Part shown: piece by piece, positions 1 to 7,476 of the stretch | How positions within the stretch are numbered: position 1 is the first letter of the stretch | How the letters are laid out: every line of letters begins with the position of its first letter | Virus record (IMG/VR): IMGVR_UViG_3300001847_000521 | Reading direction: 5' to 3' (one strand) | Length of the DNA stretch: 38,855 nucleotides | Source of the DNA: a virus | The notes under the pieces: model-generated | What the model was told of the DNA's origin: nothing | What the model saw: the letters and a program-made list of their open reading frames with translations, nothing else | Databases searched by the model: none | Made by a program: the position numbers and the translations under genes

Positions 1-22
1 GAAAACAGGGTGCTGCCGCAGC
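1..22. repeat. 22-bp terminal direct repeat (left copy), identical to 38834..38855
   Basis: gaaaacagggtgctgccgcagc occurs at both ends of the window, the signature of a circular assembly overlap. Confidence 0.9.
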
Positions 23-262
23 TGCCGCCCCCCTCCGGTGGTCCCCCATGCCGGGGGGGTCTTGTCGCCCGCGCGCCGCCGGCTCGGTCGGCCGCCGATG
101 GCCGCGCAATCGCGGCGCGCGAGTCACCGATTCGGTTCTAGCGCTGGTGAGTCCCCGGCAGCGGCGCGGGCACAAAACGCATCAGCGGCCGTTTCTGAGT
201 CAGCGCGGGGCATACACCTTATATATGCGCACTTGCACACACCAGCGCCGAGGCTCTATCAG
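23..262 (-). promoter_or_regulatory. Non-coding leader upstream (on the circular map) of the packaging/structural genes; candidate late promoter and/or pac region
   Basis: About 260 nt with no convincing ORF lie between the terS-like stop (263) and the next minus-strand start (38821). The region contains four GANTC sites (121, 129, 149, 197), the 10-mer CTTATATATG (218-227) that recurs at 2115-2124, a TGCACA hexamer (234-239) and a GCCGCG-caat-CGCGGC hairpin (101-116). Confidence 0.35.
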
Positions 263-628
263 CTATGCAGGCTGATGGTCTAAGTCTGAAACGGAAGCAA
301 CATCAACAGCTTGCTTCAATCGTTTTGCAGGTTTGTGTTGCAATACCTCGACAACCTCGCCCTCGATTGTCGGCGGCTGTTTCAATTCAGCCAATGATTT
401 CAACACCTTAATATGCTCAGACGCAATGCTCAACGTGTGATTGTGGTTTGCTTCGACGTTCAACTGAGGCTTGCCCCAGCCGCGGTCGAGGATCGTGTTC
501 GCCGCGGCGACGCGCGGCGCAGGCGGGCTTTCGGGCTGCAGCATGATCGCCACAAGCGTTTTCAAAGCGCACGCTGTGTATTTCCGCGCCTCTGAGCGCA
601 GGTCCGTCACTGCTTCGAGACTTTGCAT
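263..628 (-). CDS. Putative terminase small subunit / DNA-binding protein
   Basis: 121-aa ORF. The motif AAANTILDRGWGKP resembles small-terminase (Terminase_2-like) proteins as I recall them. On the circular map it lies just upstream of the leader, the 75-aa ORF and terL. Confidence 0.4.
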   Translation of the reverse strand: MQSLEAVTDLRSEARKYTACALKTLVAIMLQPESPPAPRVAAANTILDRGWGKPQLNVEANHNHTLSIASEHIKVLKSLAELKQPPTIEGEVVEVLQHKPAKRLKQAVDVASVSDLDHQPA

Positions 629-708
629 TTTATTATTCTGGATCAGTGGCTTACCGAGGGAGCGTCAAACGCGCAATCAACCTCATTTTGTAAAAAACCC
701 ATATCACG

Positions 709-1227
709 TTATTTGCTTCGTGTCAATCTATAGTATGCCATTGCCGAGTTAGCCCCAACATTTAGTATTCCGTGATCAACATTTTCGTCGTCAAACGCCA
801 CGACCTTCATCAGAGCTCCAAAGGGCCTCAAACCCGCCTTTTGAACAATCCAGGCCCGGACTTCGCGCCACCTCGCCTTCCAGCGCGCGGCCGTCTCGTC
901 GTCGACCTCGGCAGTAGACATGCCGATTACACGAAAAATGTCGAAGGCCTTGACCGTCGGCTTTCGCACGCCGGTCACATGCCAGGCGCGGAACAGGTCG
1001 CGCGAAAGATCGTCCAGAGCGCGGCCCTGTTCCTCGGTAATTACGCCGCGCAATTCAAGGCGGCCATGCGCGTAAGAGGCTTTCTGATCGTCCGCCTTGT
1101 CGCCAAGGCCCCTGCGATGTGGCATCGCCTGTGCAATTTCTCGCGGCGTCATCTCACGCGGTGGCTGCACTCTGCCGTTCGGCTGCCGCGGCGCAAGCGA
1201 GTGTCTCTTTCTTCCTCGCCTGCTCAA
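709..1227 (-). CDS. Hypothetical phage protein
   Basis: 172-aa co-oriented ORF with a 4-nt overlap with the upstream gene (1224-1227). No motif recognised. Confidence 0.55.
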   Translation of the reverse strand: MSRRGRKRHSLAPRQPNGRVQPPREMTPREIAQAMPHRRGLGDKADDQKASYAHGRLELRGVITEEQGRALDDLSRDLFRAWHVTGVRKPTVKAFDIFRVIGMSTAEVDDETAARWKARWREVRAWIVQKAGLRPFGALMKVVAFDDENVDHGILNVGANSAMAYYRLTRSK

Positions 1228-1823
1228 AACGGCACCTCATCTCCGAACTTCCAATCAACATCCATCCCGAAGGTCGGATCCTCTGGCCGCCGCGTCGCGG
1301 TAACGCGCGCGCCTGGAAACACCTGCTTGGCCTTGATCACATCGGCGCATATGTCGAGCAGCCGCGCTATTTCATCCAAGCAAAACACGCTCGCCTGTCG
1401 TCCATCAGCCGCGATTGCGTGCGCTTCCTCGACTGTTCTTACGATCCGCGCCACCGAGCCGTCCTCGAGCCCGACCTCCCAAACGATCGGCGACAAGGGC
1501 TCCTCGCCGGCCTCTTCAGCCGCGCGATCGAGCGCCACCCAGGCGGCGCGCATCCTCGGTGCCTCCCGCTGAACGTCCTCAAGCGCACCTTCACGGCACG
1601 CCCGTCCAAATTTCACCCGCTGACGGTCAAACCGCTCGCGCATCTCGTCGCCGACCAGCAGCCGCAGCCGGTCGACACCCCACTTGCGCTCGAGGCGCAG
1701 CGCCAGCTCGTCGACGCCGTCGATCAGGGCGCGGCCCGTCAAATAGGCCAGATTGTTCTCAGCCCACGTCGCCGGAGGAGGCGCGACAATCCTTGGCTCG
1801 TCCTTTTTTCGGGGGCGGGCCAT
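1224..1823 (-). CDS. Hypothetical phage protein
   Basis: 199-aa ORF. Its ATG at 1823 shares 1 nt with the stop of the upstream ORF. No motif recognised. Confidence 0.55.
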   Translation of the reverse strand: MARPRKKDEPRIVAPPPATWAENNLAYLTGRALIDGVDELALRLERKWGVDRLRLLVGDEMRERFDRQRVKFGRACREGALEDVQREAPRMRAAWVALDRAAEEAGEEPLSPIVWEVGLEDGSVARIVRTVEEAHAIAADGRQASVFCLDEIARLLDICADVIKAKQVFPGARVTATRRPEDPTFGMDVDWKFGDEVPF

Positions 1824-2071
1824 CAGTGAGCCGTCTCGGTGTAGACCATGTCGGCCAGGGCCCCGAGCAATTGCATCTGCGCTCCGAGGTCCGTATCGCC
1901 GGTCGACCTCAGCCGCTCGAGGACGGCCGAGATGAACACGTAGACAACCGAAACAGGCACCCCACCCAGTTCCTCGGTCGCACGCCCAAACGCCGCCAGC
2001 AGCTGGTTGGCTGCCAGTACGTCAGCGTCCATGTCCTGCTGGTCGAACAGCGCCGGCCCCTCAGAAGCCAT
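1823..2071 (-). CDS. Hypothetical phage protein
   Basis: 82-aa ORF. GGAGG lies 5 nt upstream of ATG 2071. It is the first gene downstream of the TGCACA array. Confidence 0.5.
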   Translation of the reverse strand: MASEGPALFDQQDMDADVLAANQLLAAFGRATEELGGVPVSVVYVFISAVLERLRSTGDTDLGAQMQLLGALADMVYTETAH

Positions 2072-2088
2072 TCAAGCCTCCAAGCGCC

Positions 2089-2203
2089 TGCACAGCACAC
2101 TGCACAAACACAATCTTATATATGGATTGTGTTTGTGCAGTTGTGCGCGCAGTTTGCACAAATGCACAAATTGCACATTTGTGCAGGTTTGTGCAGTTGT
2201 GCA
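2089..2203. promoter_or_regulatory. TGCACA/TGTGCA hexamer array with a 41-bp palindrome (candidate origin of replication and/or operator array)
   Basis: Nine exact hexamers start at 2089, 2101, 2134, 2155, 2163, 2172, 2180, 2190 and 2198, plus a degenerate TGTGCG at 2142. Perfect 16-bp palindrome arms at 2100-2115 and 2125-2140 flank the AT-rich spacer TTATATATG. Confidence 0.6.
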
Positions 2204-2206
2204 GGT

Positions 2207-4282
2207 TCATCGTGGTCTCCAAATGAGGCCTCCATTGACAACGAAGTAGCCCTTCTCGACCAGCTTCTCGACGGCGCGCTTGCACTGGAACTCAGGCCGC
2301 GGCCCGACCATCTTCTCGCTGGCGTACTGCATGAACTCCGCGGACTTCACACACCGCACCGCACCAGGCTCAGGGAAGCCTGTGCCGGTCGGGTTAAGCA
2401 CCCCGTTATCTGCCGCGTACTGCTCAAAAGCCTTTGCAACATGCTTCTGAATGGCACCGGATGGTTCGGCGGCATGCGCCACCCGCGCCTCGTCGGCCCC
2501 CGCCTCCACCGCCACCGCCGTCGAGACCTCCTCGTTGTCGCGATCGACGCCGAGCACGACCTTCTCGAGATTGAAGCCGTACTCGGCCCCGTCCTCGCCG
2601 TCGCGCTGCTTGGTGTTCTTGATCGTGCCCGGCAGGCCCTGCTCGCGGAGCACCTCGAGCTCGACGCCGACGGCGCCAAGCAGCGAGCTGTGGCCGCGGC
2701 TGCCCTTGGCGGCATCCTTGCCGCTGTGGTGCACGATCAGCACAAGGCACCCGAGCGCCTTGGCGACGGCATCGCACATGCCGACGAAGGCACCCATGTC
2801 CTCGGAGCTATTCTCGTCACCGCCCGCCATCGCCCTGTTCAAGGTGTCGATCACGACCAGGCCGCAGTCGGGCTGCGCCGCCTTGATGTCGGCGATCAAT
2901 GCCAGCGCGTCCTCGGCCGAGCTGCGGAGGTTGATCCCCGCCGGCGACAGCCGGAACGTCTCCGGCCACTCGGCCTTGTGGTGCAGGCACCAGCCGATGA
3001 CGCGGTTGGCGCCAAGCCGCCCGGCTTCGGGCGACACATATGAGACCGCCTTCTTCTCTACCTTCATGCCGCGCCAAGGGCGGCCGAGCGCGATGTGCAG
3101 CGCCAGGTCGAGGCACGAGAACGTCTTGCCTGACCCCGGCCGACCGTAAATGACGCCGATGCCGTCCGCGGGCAAAACCTTCTTGATCAGCCAATGCGCG
3201 TCAAGGACCACCGCGGCATTGCCGCGGGTGACCCAGCCAAAGTCTTTTTTGGGCGGCGATGCTGGTGCCGGCGCTGGCGCCGGTGTTCCCAACTTGGGAA
3301 CAGCCGCCGGCGCAGCGGACAGGATTTCATTGAGCCCCAGCCCCCGCGCCTTCCCCTGATCGGCGCGCCTGATCAGCTGCGCGGCGCCCTCGAGGCAGCG
3401 CCGGTAGTCATACGGTCGACCATCAGCACCTGGCCGCGCCAATTCGAACTTGTGCTGTACGACGCCCCACACCTCCTCGGCCAGCTCCTGCGGCGTCGGA
3501 CTGCAGCCGTTGGCACGAACGTGTTCTGCGTGCGCGGCGGCCAGAATGTTGCGCAGGTGATGCTCGCGGCCGTCCACGACCTTGCCGAGATTGTGCAGCT
3601 CGCCGCCGAGCACGATGCCACCGTTCTGCACGCCGCTCGGCGTGGCATGCCCATTTCCGGCGCCGTTACCGGAAACGCGAGGCAATGCAGGCGCCGGTGT
3701 CGAGCTCTGGTTCACGGCAGCCGGCGCCTGCTGAAGCGCTCTTCCAAGCGCATCAATCGCAAGGCGCAGCCCCTCGATCGCAACGGGCGCCTCGCATTCT
3801 AAAAACGACCTAATCCACTCGTAGCGGCGATCGTGCAGACCGAGCGAGCCCGGTCCCATCAAAAATCCGCCCTGGCCTCGAATGTCGACACCGGGCCCCT
3901 TTAGCGTCGGCGGCGTCCAGCCAGGTGGCGCGCGGAAAAACAAATGACGACCACCGCGCGGAGTCCTGACTTCCGGCGCCTCGATCGGTATGCCGTGGTT
4001 GTGGACCTCGCACACTGTCTGCCACCAGCGCTCGCCTTCCTCGTTGTCGATGTCGATGGCGAACAGATTGCCAGACGCGCGCCCGCAGATGATGCCGAGG
4101 TTTCCGGCATAGTCCGGCGGAAACCACGCCTCGACCTGCTCGCGGCTGACGAGCGCATCTTGATACTGTTGCCACGGAATTGATGGCCGCTTGAAATTTC
4201 GGTGCGTGCGCGGCGATAGCGCCGGCACGACTTGAATGCCAAGGTTGTGGAGCTCGAGGGCCTGGTCGCGAACCGACGTCAT
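2207..4282 (-). CDS. Bifunctional Prim-Pol primase / AAA_25 (RepA/DnaB-like) helicase
   Basis: 691 aa. N-terminal Prim-Pol motifs: LFAIDIDNEEG, TPRGGRHLFF, VDIRGQGGFLMGPGS. C-terminal NTPase motifs: Walker A GRPGSGKTF, LVVIDTLNRA, LVLIVHHSGKD. Confidence 0.85.
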   Translation of the reverse strand: MTSVRDQALELHNLGIQVVPALSPRTHRNFKRPSIPWQQYQDALVSREQVEAWFPPDYAGNLGIICGRASGNLFAIDIDNEEGERWWQTVCEVHNHGIPIEAPEVRTPRGGRHLFFRAPPGWTPPTLKGPGVDIRGQGGFLMGPGSLGLHDRRYEWIRSFLECEAPVAIEGLRLAIDALGRALQQAPAAVNQSSTPAPALPRVSGNGAGNGHATPSGVQNGGIVLGGELHNLGKVVDGREHHLRNILAAAHAEHVRANGCSPTPQELAEEVWGVVQHKFELARPGADGRPYDYRRCLEGAAQLIRRADQGKARGLGLNEILSAAPAAVPKLGTPAPAPAPASPPKKDFGWVTRGNAAVVLDAHWLIKKVLPADGIGVIYGRPGSGKTFSCLDLALHIALGRPWRGMKVEKKAVSYVSPEAGRLGANRVIGWCLHHKAEWPETFRLSPAGINLRSSAEDALALIADIKAAQPDCGLVVIDTLNRAMAGGDENSSEDMGAFVGMCDAVAKALGCLVLIVHHSGKDAAKGSRGHSSLLGAVGVELEVLREQGLPGTIKNTKQRDGEDGAEYGFNLEKVVLGVDRDNEEVSTAVAVEAGADEARVAHAAEPSGAIQKHVAKAFEQYAADNGVLNPTGTGFPEPGAVRCVKSAEFMQYASEKMVGPRPEFQCKRAVEKLVEKGYFVVNGGLIWRPR

Positions 4283-4509
4283 TGCGCCTCCGCGATCTTC
4301 ACCGCCATCGCCTCCGCGATCTTCATAAAGAAATCCCGCGCCTCGTGACGCAGCCTCTCGATCTCTTCCTTGTCCGCACGCGCCTCTCCGCGGAGCGAGG
4401 CGATCTCGTAAGCTGCGTCTCGCGCCGCCTCGATCAGCGTCGTCGTGCGCGGCGAGGCCGCGGCGCTCTCGTGATAGATTGCGTTTTGAAGACGTTCCAA
4501 GATGTCCAT
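4279..4509 (-). CDS. Small coiled-coil hypothetical protein
   Basis: Track ORF 4279..4797 trimmed to Met97 (ATG 4509, MDILERL...), the first start after the upstream gene ends. Its stop overlaps the primase start by 4 nt. Confidence 0.5.
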   Translation of the reverse strand: MDILERLQNAIYHESAAASPRTTTLIEAARDAAYEIASLRGEARADKEEIERLRHEARDFFMKIAEAMAVKIAEAQ

Positions 4510-4524
4510 TGACCGCCCCCTCTT

Positions 4525-4555
4525 GAAAATCCCCCCGGCCACTAAAGGCCGGGGG
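4525..4555 (-). terminator. Hairpin plus short U-run (possible attenuator/terminator)
   Basis: A perfect 9-bp GC stem, CCCCCGGCC (4532-4540) / GGCCGGGGG (4547-4555), is followed on the minus strand by ATTTTC. It sits in the 88-nt gap between two co-oriented genes. Confidence 0.35.
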
Positions 4556-4597
4556 TAGTTACGCCGCTGGTCAAACGTTAGCGGCGGGAGGGAGCTC

Positions 4598-5275
4598 TCA
4601 GCCCCAGTCGTTCGCGCTCGCCGCGGCCATCTGCTTCGCAGGCGGCGGCACGACGCGGGAGCCGGTGGCGGCTGGAGTGAATGCTGCAGGAGCAGTTGGC
4701 GCAGACGAAACGCGCGCGACGTGTTTGAGGTCGGCTGGCCGAGCGACCCAGCCGTCGATCGTGAACTCGGGGGCGTAGTTCGTGCTTTTCTTCGCACCCT
4801 GTCCGCTTGTCACGGCCTTTGTGCCGATCATCTTCACGACCGGCAGCTTGCCGAGGTTTTCTGCGAGACCTGCCAGATAGGCATCATGCAGCGCTGAAAT
4901 CGCGCTGACCGCAGTCTTCGCGGACGTAGTCAACTCGCGCACGTCGCCACCGGCGTCCTTAGCCAGCTTCATCAGCACGCGAACGCCGAGCTTGTGCTTG
5001 TCCGTCGGCGCCGGGCCGGCATCCTGTCCGTTCGGCACCAGCCGATAGTCTGGCGGCGTGCCGGCGGCAAAGAGCATCCAACCGATCTCGAGGTTCTCGA
5101 GGTCCATCACGGCCGAGAACTTCGTGGTGATGTCGGTCGAGTGTGACATCCAGCCGTCCACACCCTGCTCACGATCAATTCGGTTCACGCGGCCGGCGCG
5201 CGCGTCGTATTTGACGATCGGCAGAAATTGCCCGCCATCGCCACCGCCATTGCTTGTTGGAATGCTAAGTGCCAT
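4598..5275 (-). CDS. Hypothetical protein; possible ssDNA-binding/annealing partner of the adjacent nuclease (position only)
   Basis: 225-aa ORF between the Cas4-like nuclease and the primase. No motif I can name; the function is inferred only from synteny. Confidence 0.5.
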   Translation of the reverse strand: MALSIPTSNGGGDGGQFLPIVKYDARAGRVNRIDREQGVDGWMSHSTDITTKFSAVMDLENLEIGWMLFAAGTPPDYRLVPNGQDAGPAPTDKHKLGVRVLMKLAKDAGGDVRELTTSAKTAVSAISALHDAYLAGLAENLGKLPVVKMIGTKAVTSGQGAKKSTNYAPEFTIDGWVARPADLKHVARVSSAPTAPAAFTPAATGSRVVPPPAKQMAAASANDWG

Positions 5276-5331
5276 TTCATTTTCTCCTTTTCACCGTTTC
5301 ACAATGCCGCGATGCGCCCGCAGCTTGCGTC

Positions 5332-6087
5332 TTAAAACCCCCACACCTCTCTGCCCGCCGCGCGCGCAGCATCGGAGCTCCACACGAAATGCTCGTAATC
5401 TGGACAGACCAGCGCGCACAGCTCGTGTTTGTCTTTTGAAAGCCCGAGGAACCGCTGCATCGTCAGCGCGATCTTATGCAGCGCCTCGACGTGCTCGCGA
5501 TGGTTTTCGAGTGCGTATGTTTTCGCGCCGTTGCCAGTGACATAAGTGACGCGCGCGTCGAGATTGTCTGAGATCGTCGACTTGTAGAGCGCGACTTGTC
5601 GCGCGTGATTGACCTTAATCGCCGACGGCATCTTCAGCGTCGTCTTGATGTCCGTCAGCACGCCAGCGTCTGCCCAATACAAATCGAAATAACCGACAAA
5701 CGGCACCGCGACGCCGTCCATCTGCTTCTCTATCTTGCCCTGAACGTGCGAGGGCGTGCCGTATGGACGCAGCTCCTGAAGGCCGTGCTGCACGAAATAC
5801 GGCAGCACCTTCTCGTATTTCTCGCGGCGCTCGTCCTTCGTCAGGACCATCAGATCCCTGAACCGCTTCATCGCCTGGTCGACGCACTCTGTCGGCGCCG
5901 CATCGAGGTTCTTCAGGCCATGCACGATACCGTCCTCGCCAGCTGTGCCGGCGTGCATCGGTGCAGTTTTTGGCGAGTCCCACTTGAGCAGCCGCTCAAG
6001 GCACCACATCGCGCGCGACGTCACAAATGCAGTGCAGGAACTGGCGCTGAGATGATTGATGCCGTGCTGTTCGAATGAGTTCGTCAT
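5332..6087 (-). CDS. PD-(D/E)XK nuclease, Cas4/RecB-like exonuclease
   Basis: 251 aa. The motif block GYFDLYW...LTDIKT...QVALY (D, D-x-K, QxxxY) is present. It has a 4-nt overlap with the upstream gene. Confidence 0.75.
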   Translation of the reverse strand: MTNSFEQHGINHLSASSCTAFVTSRAMWCLERLLKWDSPKTAPMHAGTAGEDGIVHGLKNLDAAPTECVDQAMKRFRDLMVLTKDERREKYEKVLPYFVQHGLQELRPYGTPSHVQGKIEKQMDGVAVPFVGYFDLYWADAGVLTDIKTTLKMPSAIKVNHARQVALYKSTISDNLDARVTYVTGNGAKTYALENHREHVEALHKIALTMQRFLGLSKDKHELCALVCPDYEHFVWSSDAARAAGREVWGF

Positions 6088-6425
6088 GCGAGCTCCTCGC
6101 CGTGGTGATTGATGTTGAAGTCACAATCATCACGATTGATCTGCTCAAGCTCGCATGCCACTTCGGCACCCGCTGCGGCGTAGCCGGCGATGTCAACCCA
6201 ACTGTCATAGTGAAAGGGATTTTCTCGAACTCGCTCAATCTTTAGTTCGATCATCATCAGCGCAACATCGACGCCGTCGAGATAAACGTCCCGAGACCAT
6301 TTGTTCGACAAATAAGAGCGCCACTTGTTGGCAATGTTCCCGAAATTCTTCTCTGGTGGCCCATACTGTCCCGCTCTGCGCGACACGGCGTCGATCGCCG
6401 CTTCAAGACACTCCAAGCGGTTCAT
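6084..6425 (-). CDS. DUF6378-like conserved phage protein
   Basis: Track ORF trimmed to Met87 (ATG 6425), which forms an ATGA overlap with the rusA stop. YGPPEKNFGNIANKW...DVALMMIELKIER...HYDSWVDIAGYA matches my recollection of this family. Confidence 0.55.
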   Translation of the reverse strand: MNRLECLEAAIDAVSRRAGQYGPPEKNFGNIANKWRSYLSNKWSRDVYLDGVDVALMMIELKIERVRENPFHYDSWVDIAGYAAAGAEVACELEQINRDDCDFNINHHGEELA

Positions 6426-6781
6426 TGCTGCGCTCCAATCCGTTTCACGGCAACGATGACGCCGCCGGCGGCGGGGCCCTCCTGAATGGTGATTTTTTTG
6501 ACGTGCTTCGGCTTGTCGTTCGGAATGACGCCGGCGCGCACGATGTGGTCGATCGGTGCCTTGATGGTGTTGTCGAGATCCATGCGGTTGCGAGGATCGA
6601 TTACCATCGCGATTTCCACCGGATCCTCGATCGTCTCGATCGGATGGTGCGCCAGCATCGCGGCCTCGGCCTCGGCGCGCCACGCGCGATAGCCCGGCGA
6701 GATCACGCGCCGGCGCCCGCCGCGCAGCGTTATGAAGAGATTGTTCGTGCTTGGAGGCAGCGGCAGCCAGTAACTAGGCAT
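6422..6781 (-). CDS. rusA: RusA-family Holliday junction resolvase
   Basis: YWLPLPPSTNNLF and MDLDNTIKAPIDHIVRAGVIPNDKPKHV are RusA hallmarks. AGGAG lies 7 nt upstream of ATG 6781; an alternative ATG is at 6802. Confidence 0.85.
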   Translation of the reverse strand: MPSYWLPLPPSTNNLFITLRGGRRRVISPGYRAWRAEAEAAMLAHHPIETIEDPVEIAMVIDPRNRMDLDNTIKAPIDHIVRAGVIPNDKPKHVKKITIQEGPAAGGVIVAVKRIGAQQ

Positions 6782-6932
6782 GTTCCGACTCCTGCTCGTC
6801 ATCCAGCTTCGCCGGCGGCTGCTCGCAGAGGCCGTCGCAACAATGAATATGGCCCGCGCCCTCGCACGCGAGGCAGGGAGCGGGCGCGTCGCTCGGCGTC
6901 GTGCCGAGGCCGTAGCATCGCGGGCAGATCAT
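6774..6932 (-). CDS. Small zinc-ribbon protein (two CxxCxGxG knuckles)
   Basis: Track ORF trimmed to Met45 (ATG 6932), giving an ATGA overlap with the gcrA-like stop. The protein begins MICPRCYGLG...CLACEGAG. Confidence 0.5.
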   Translation of the reverse strand: MICPRCYGLGTTPSDAPAPCLACEGAGHIHCCDGLCEQPPAKLDDEQESEHA

Positions 6933-7357
6933 GCTGCCCTCCGCTGCTGAGCCGGGACGTAAACGACGCGATGATGAAAGGCGCAGAAGGCGCTGCCGGA
7001 CTGGATCGAGCCGCCGCAGAATAAATGCGTCCACACGTCGCCGGCGGCGGTGGCAAACCGACACTGATCCGGCTTCAGCTCGACGATCGGCAAATCAGCC
7101 GCGTCGGGCTTCCGCGGCGGCGGCAGCGCGTCGTCCAGCCAGCTGCGGCGCCTGACCCCAAAATGCGGAGATACAAGCCGCTGCGTCGGTCTCCTGCACG
7201 TGAACCCGGACTTGCCTTTGATCGGCAGCCCAAGGCGGTGCGCTTTGCCAATCACGGCATTGCGCGTGCAGCCGAGTTTTTCAGCGATGATGGCGGAAGA
7301 ATTGGTGGCCCAAAGTTCCCGCAGCAGCTCGGCGCGGGCAGCAGTCCAGAAGGTCAA
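6929..7357 (-). CDS. gcrA: GcrA-family cell-cycle regulator homologue
   Basis: The N-terminus WTAARAELLRELW...IAEKLGCTRNAVIGKAHRLGL and the C-terminus C...FCGG...FCAFHHRVVYVP match the two GcrA domains. The TTG at 7357 is the first start after an in-frame TAA. Confidence 0.85.
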   Translation of the reverse strand: MTFWTAARAELLRELWATNSSAIIAEKLGCTRNAVIGKAHRLGLPIKGKSGFTCRRPTQRLVSPHFGVRRRSWLDDALPPPRKPDAADLPIVELKPDQCRFATAAGDVWTHLFCGGSIQSGSAFCAFHHRVVYVPAQQRRAA

Positions 7358-7476
7358 TTATGGTCCGATCGGTGACGGTATTTTGCTCGATACACCGTTT
7401 TCGTGTTTGACACAATACAAATCTGCACAATTCGATTTATTGTGTTCACAGCAATTAACAAATAGATTGCGCGCCG
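7358..7476. promoter_or_regulatory. Divergent switch region between the early lytic operon and the XRE-type regulator
   Basis: 119-bp AT-richer gap. It has an inverted pair GACACAAT (7409-7416) / ATTGTGTT (7439-7446) with a 22-bp spacer, TTGACA at 7407-7412 and TGCACA at 7424-7429. Confidence 0.55.

Noticed and set aside
1-22. Interpreting the 22-bp end repeat as the phage's physical terminal redundancy or cos site
   Set aside because: Sequence alone cannot distinguish this from an assembly overlap of a circular or circularly permuted molecule. It is reported only as evidence of circular closure.
101-116. Hairpin GCCGCG-caat-CGCGGC as a third copy of the 23-bp cassette-boundary element
   Set aside because: It shares only the GCCGC/GCGGC stem ends and CAAT in the loop. 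In GC-rich DNA this could be chance, so it is not counted as a repeat copy.
38-283. Two plus-strand ORFs (81 and 75 aa) in the leader region
   Set aside because: They overlap each other in different frames, are Arg/Ala/Pro-rich, lack an RBS, and would be the only plus-strand genes within 7 kb. The region is better explained as non-coding regulatory or pac DNA.
2089-2203. Possibility that the short-repeat array is a CRISPR array or a minisatellite
   Set aside because: The repeat unit is only 6 bp and occurs in both orientations, with 2-6 bp between units. There are no spacers and no cas genes. It fits protein-binding iterons or operators instead.
1415-3043. 542-aa plus-strand ORF (the longest plus-strand ORF at this locus)
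   Set aside because: It lies entirely antisense to the 1224..1823 ORF, the 1823..2071 ORF and the well-supported Prim-Pol/helicase gene. Its product is Arg/Ala/Pro-rich with no motifs, which is the typical shadow ORF of GC-rich DNA.
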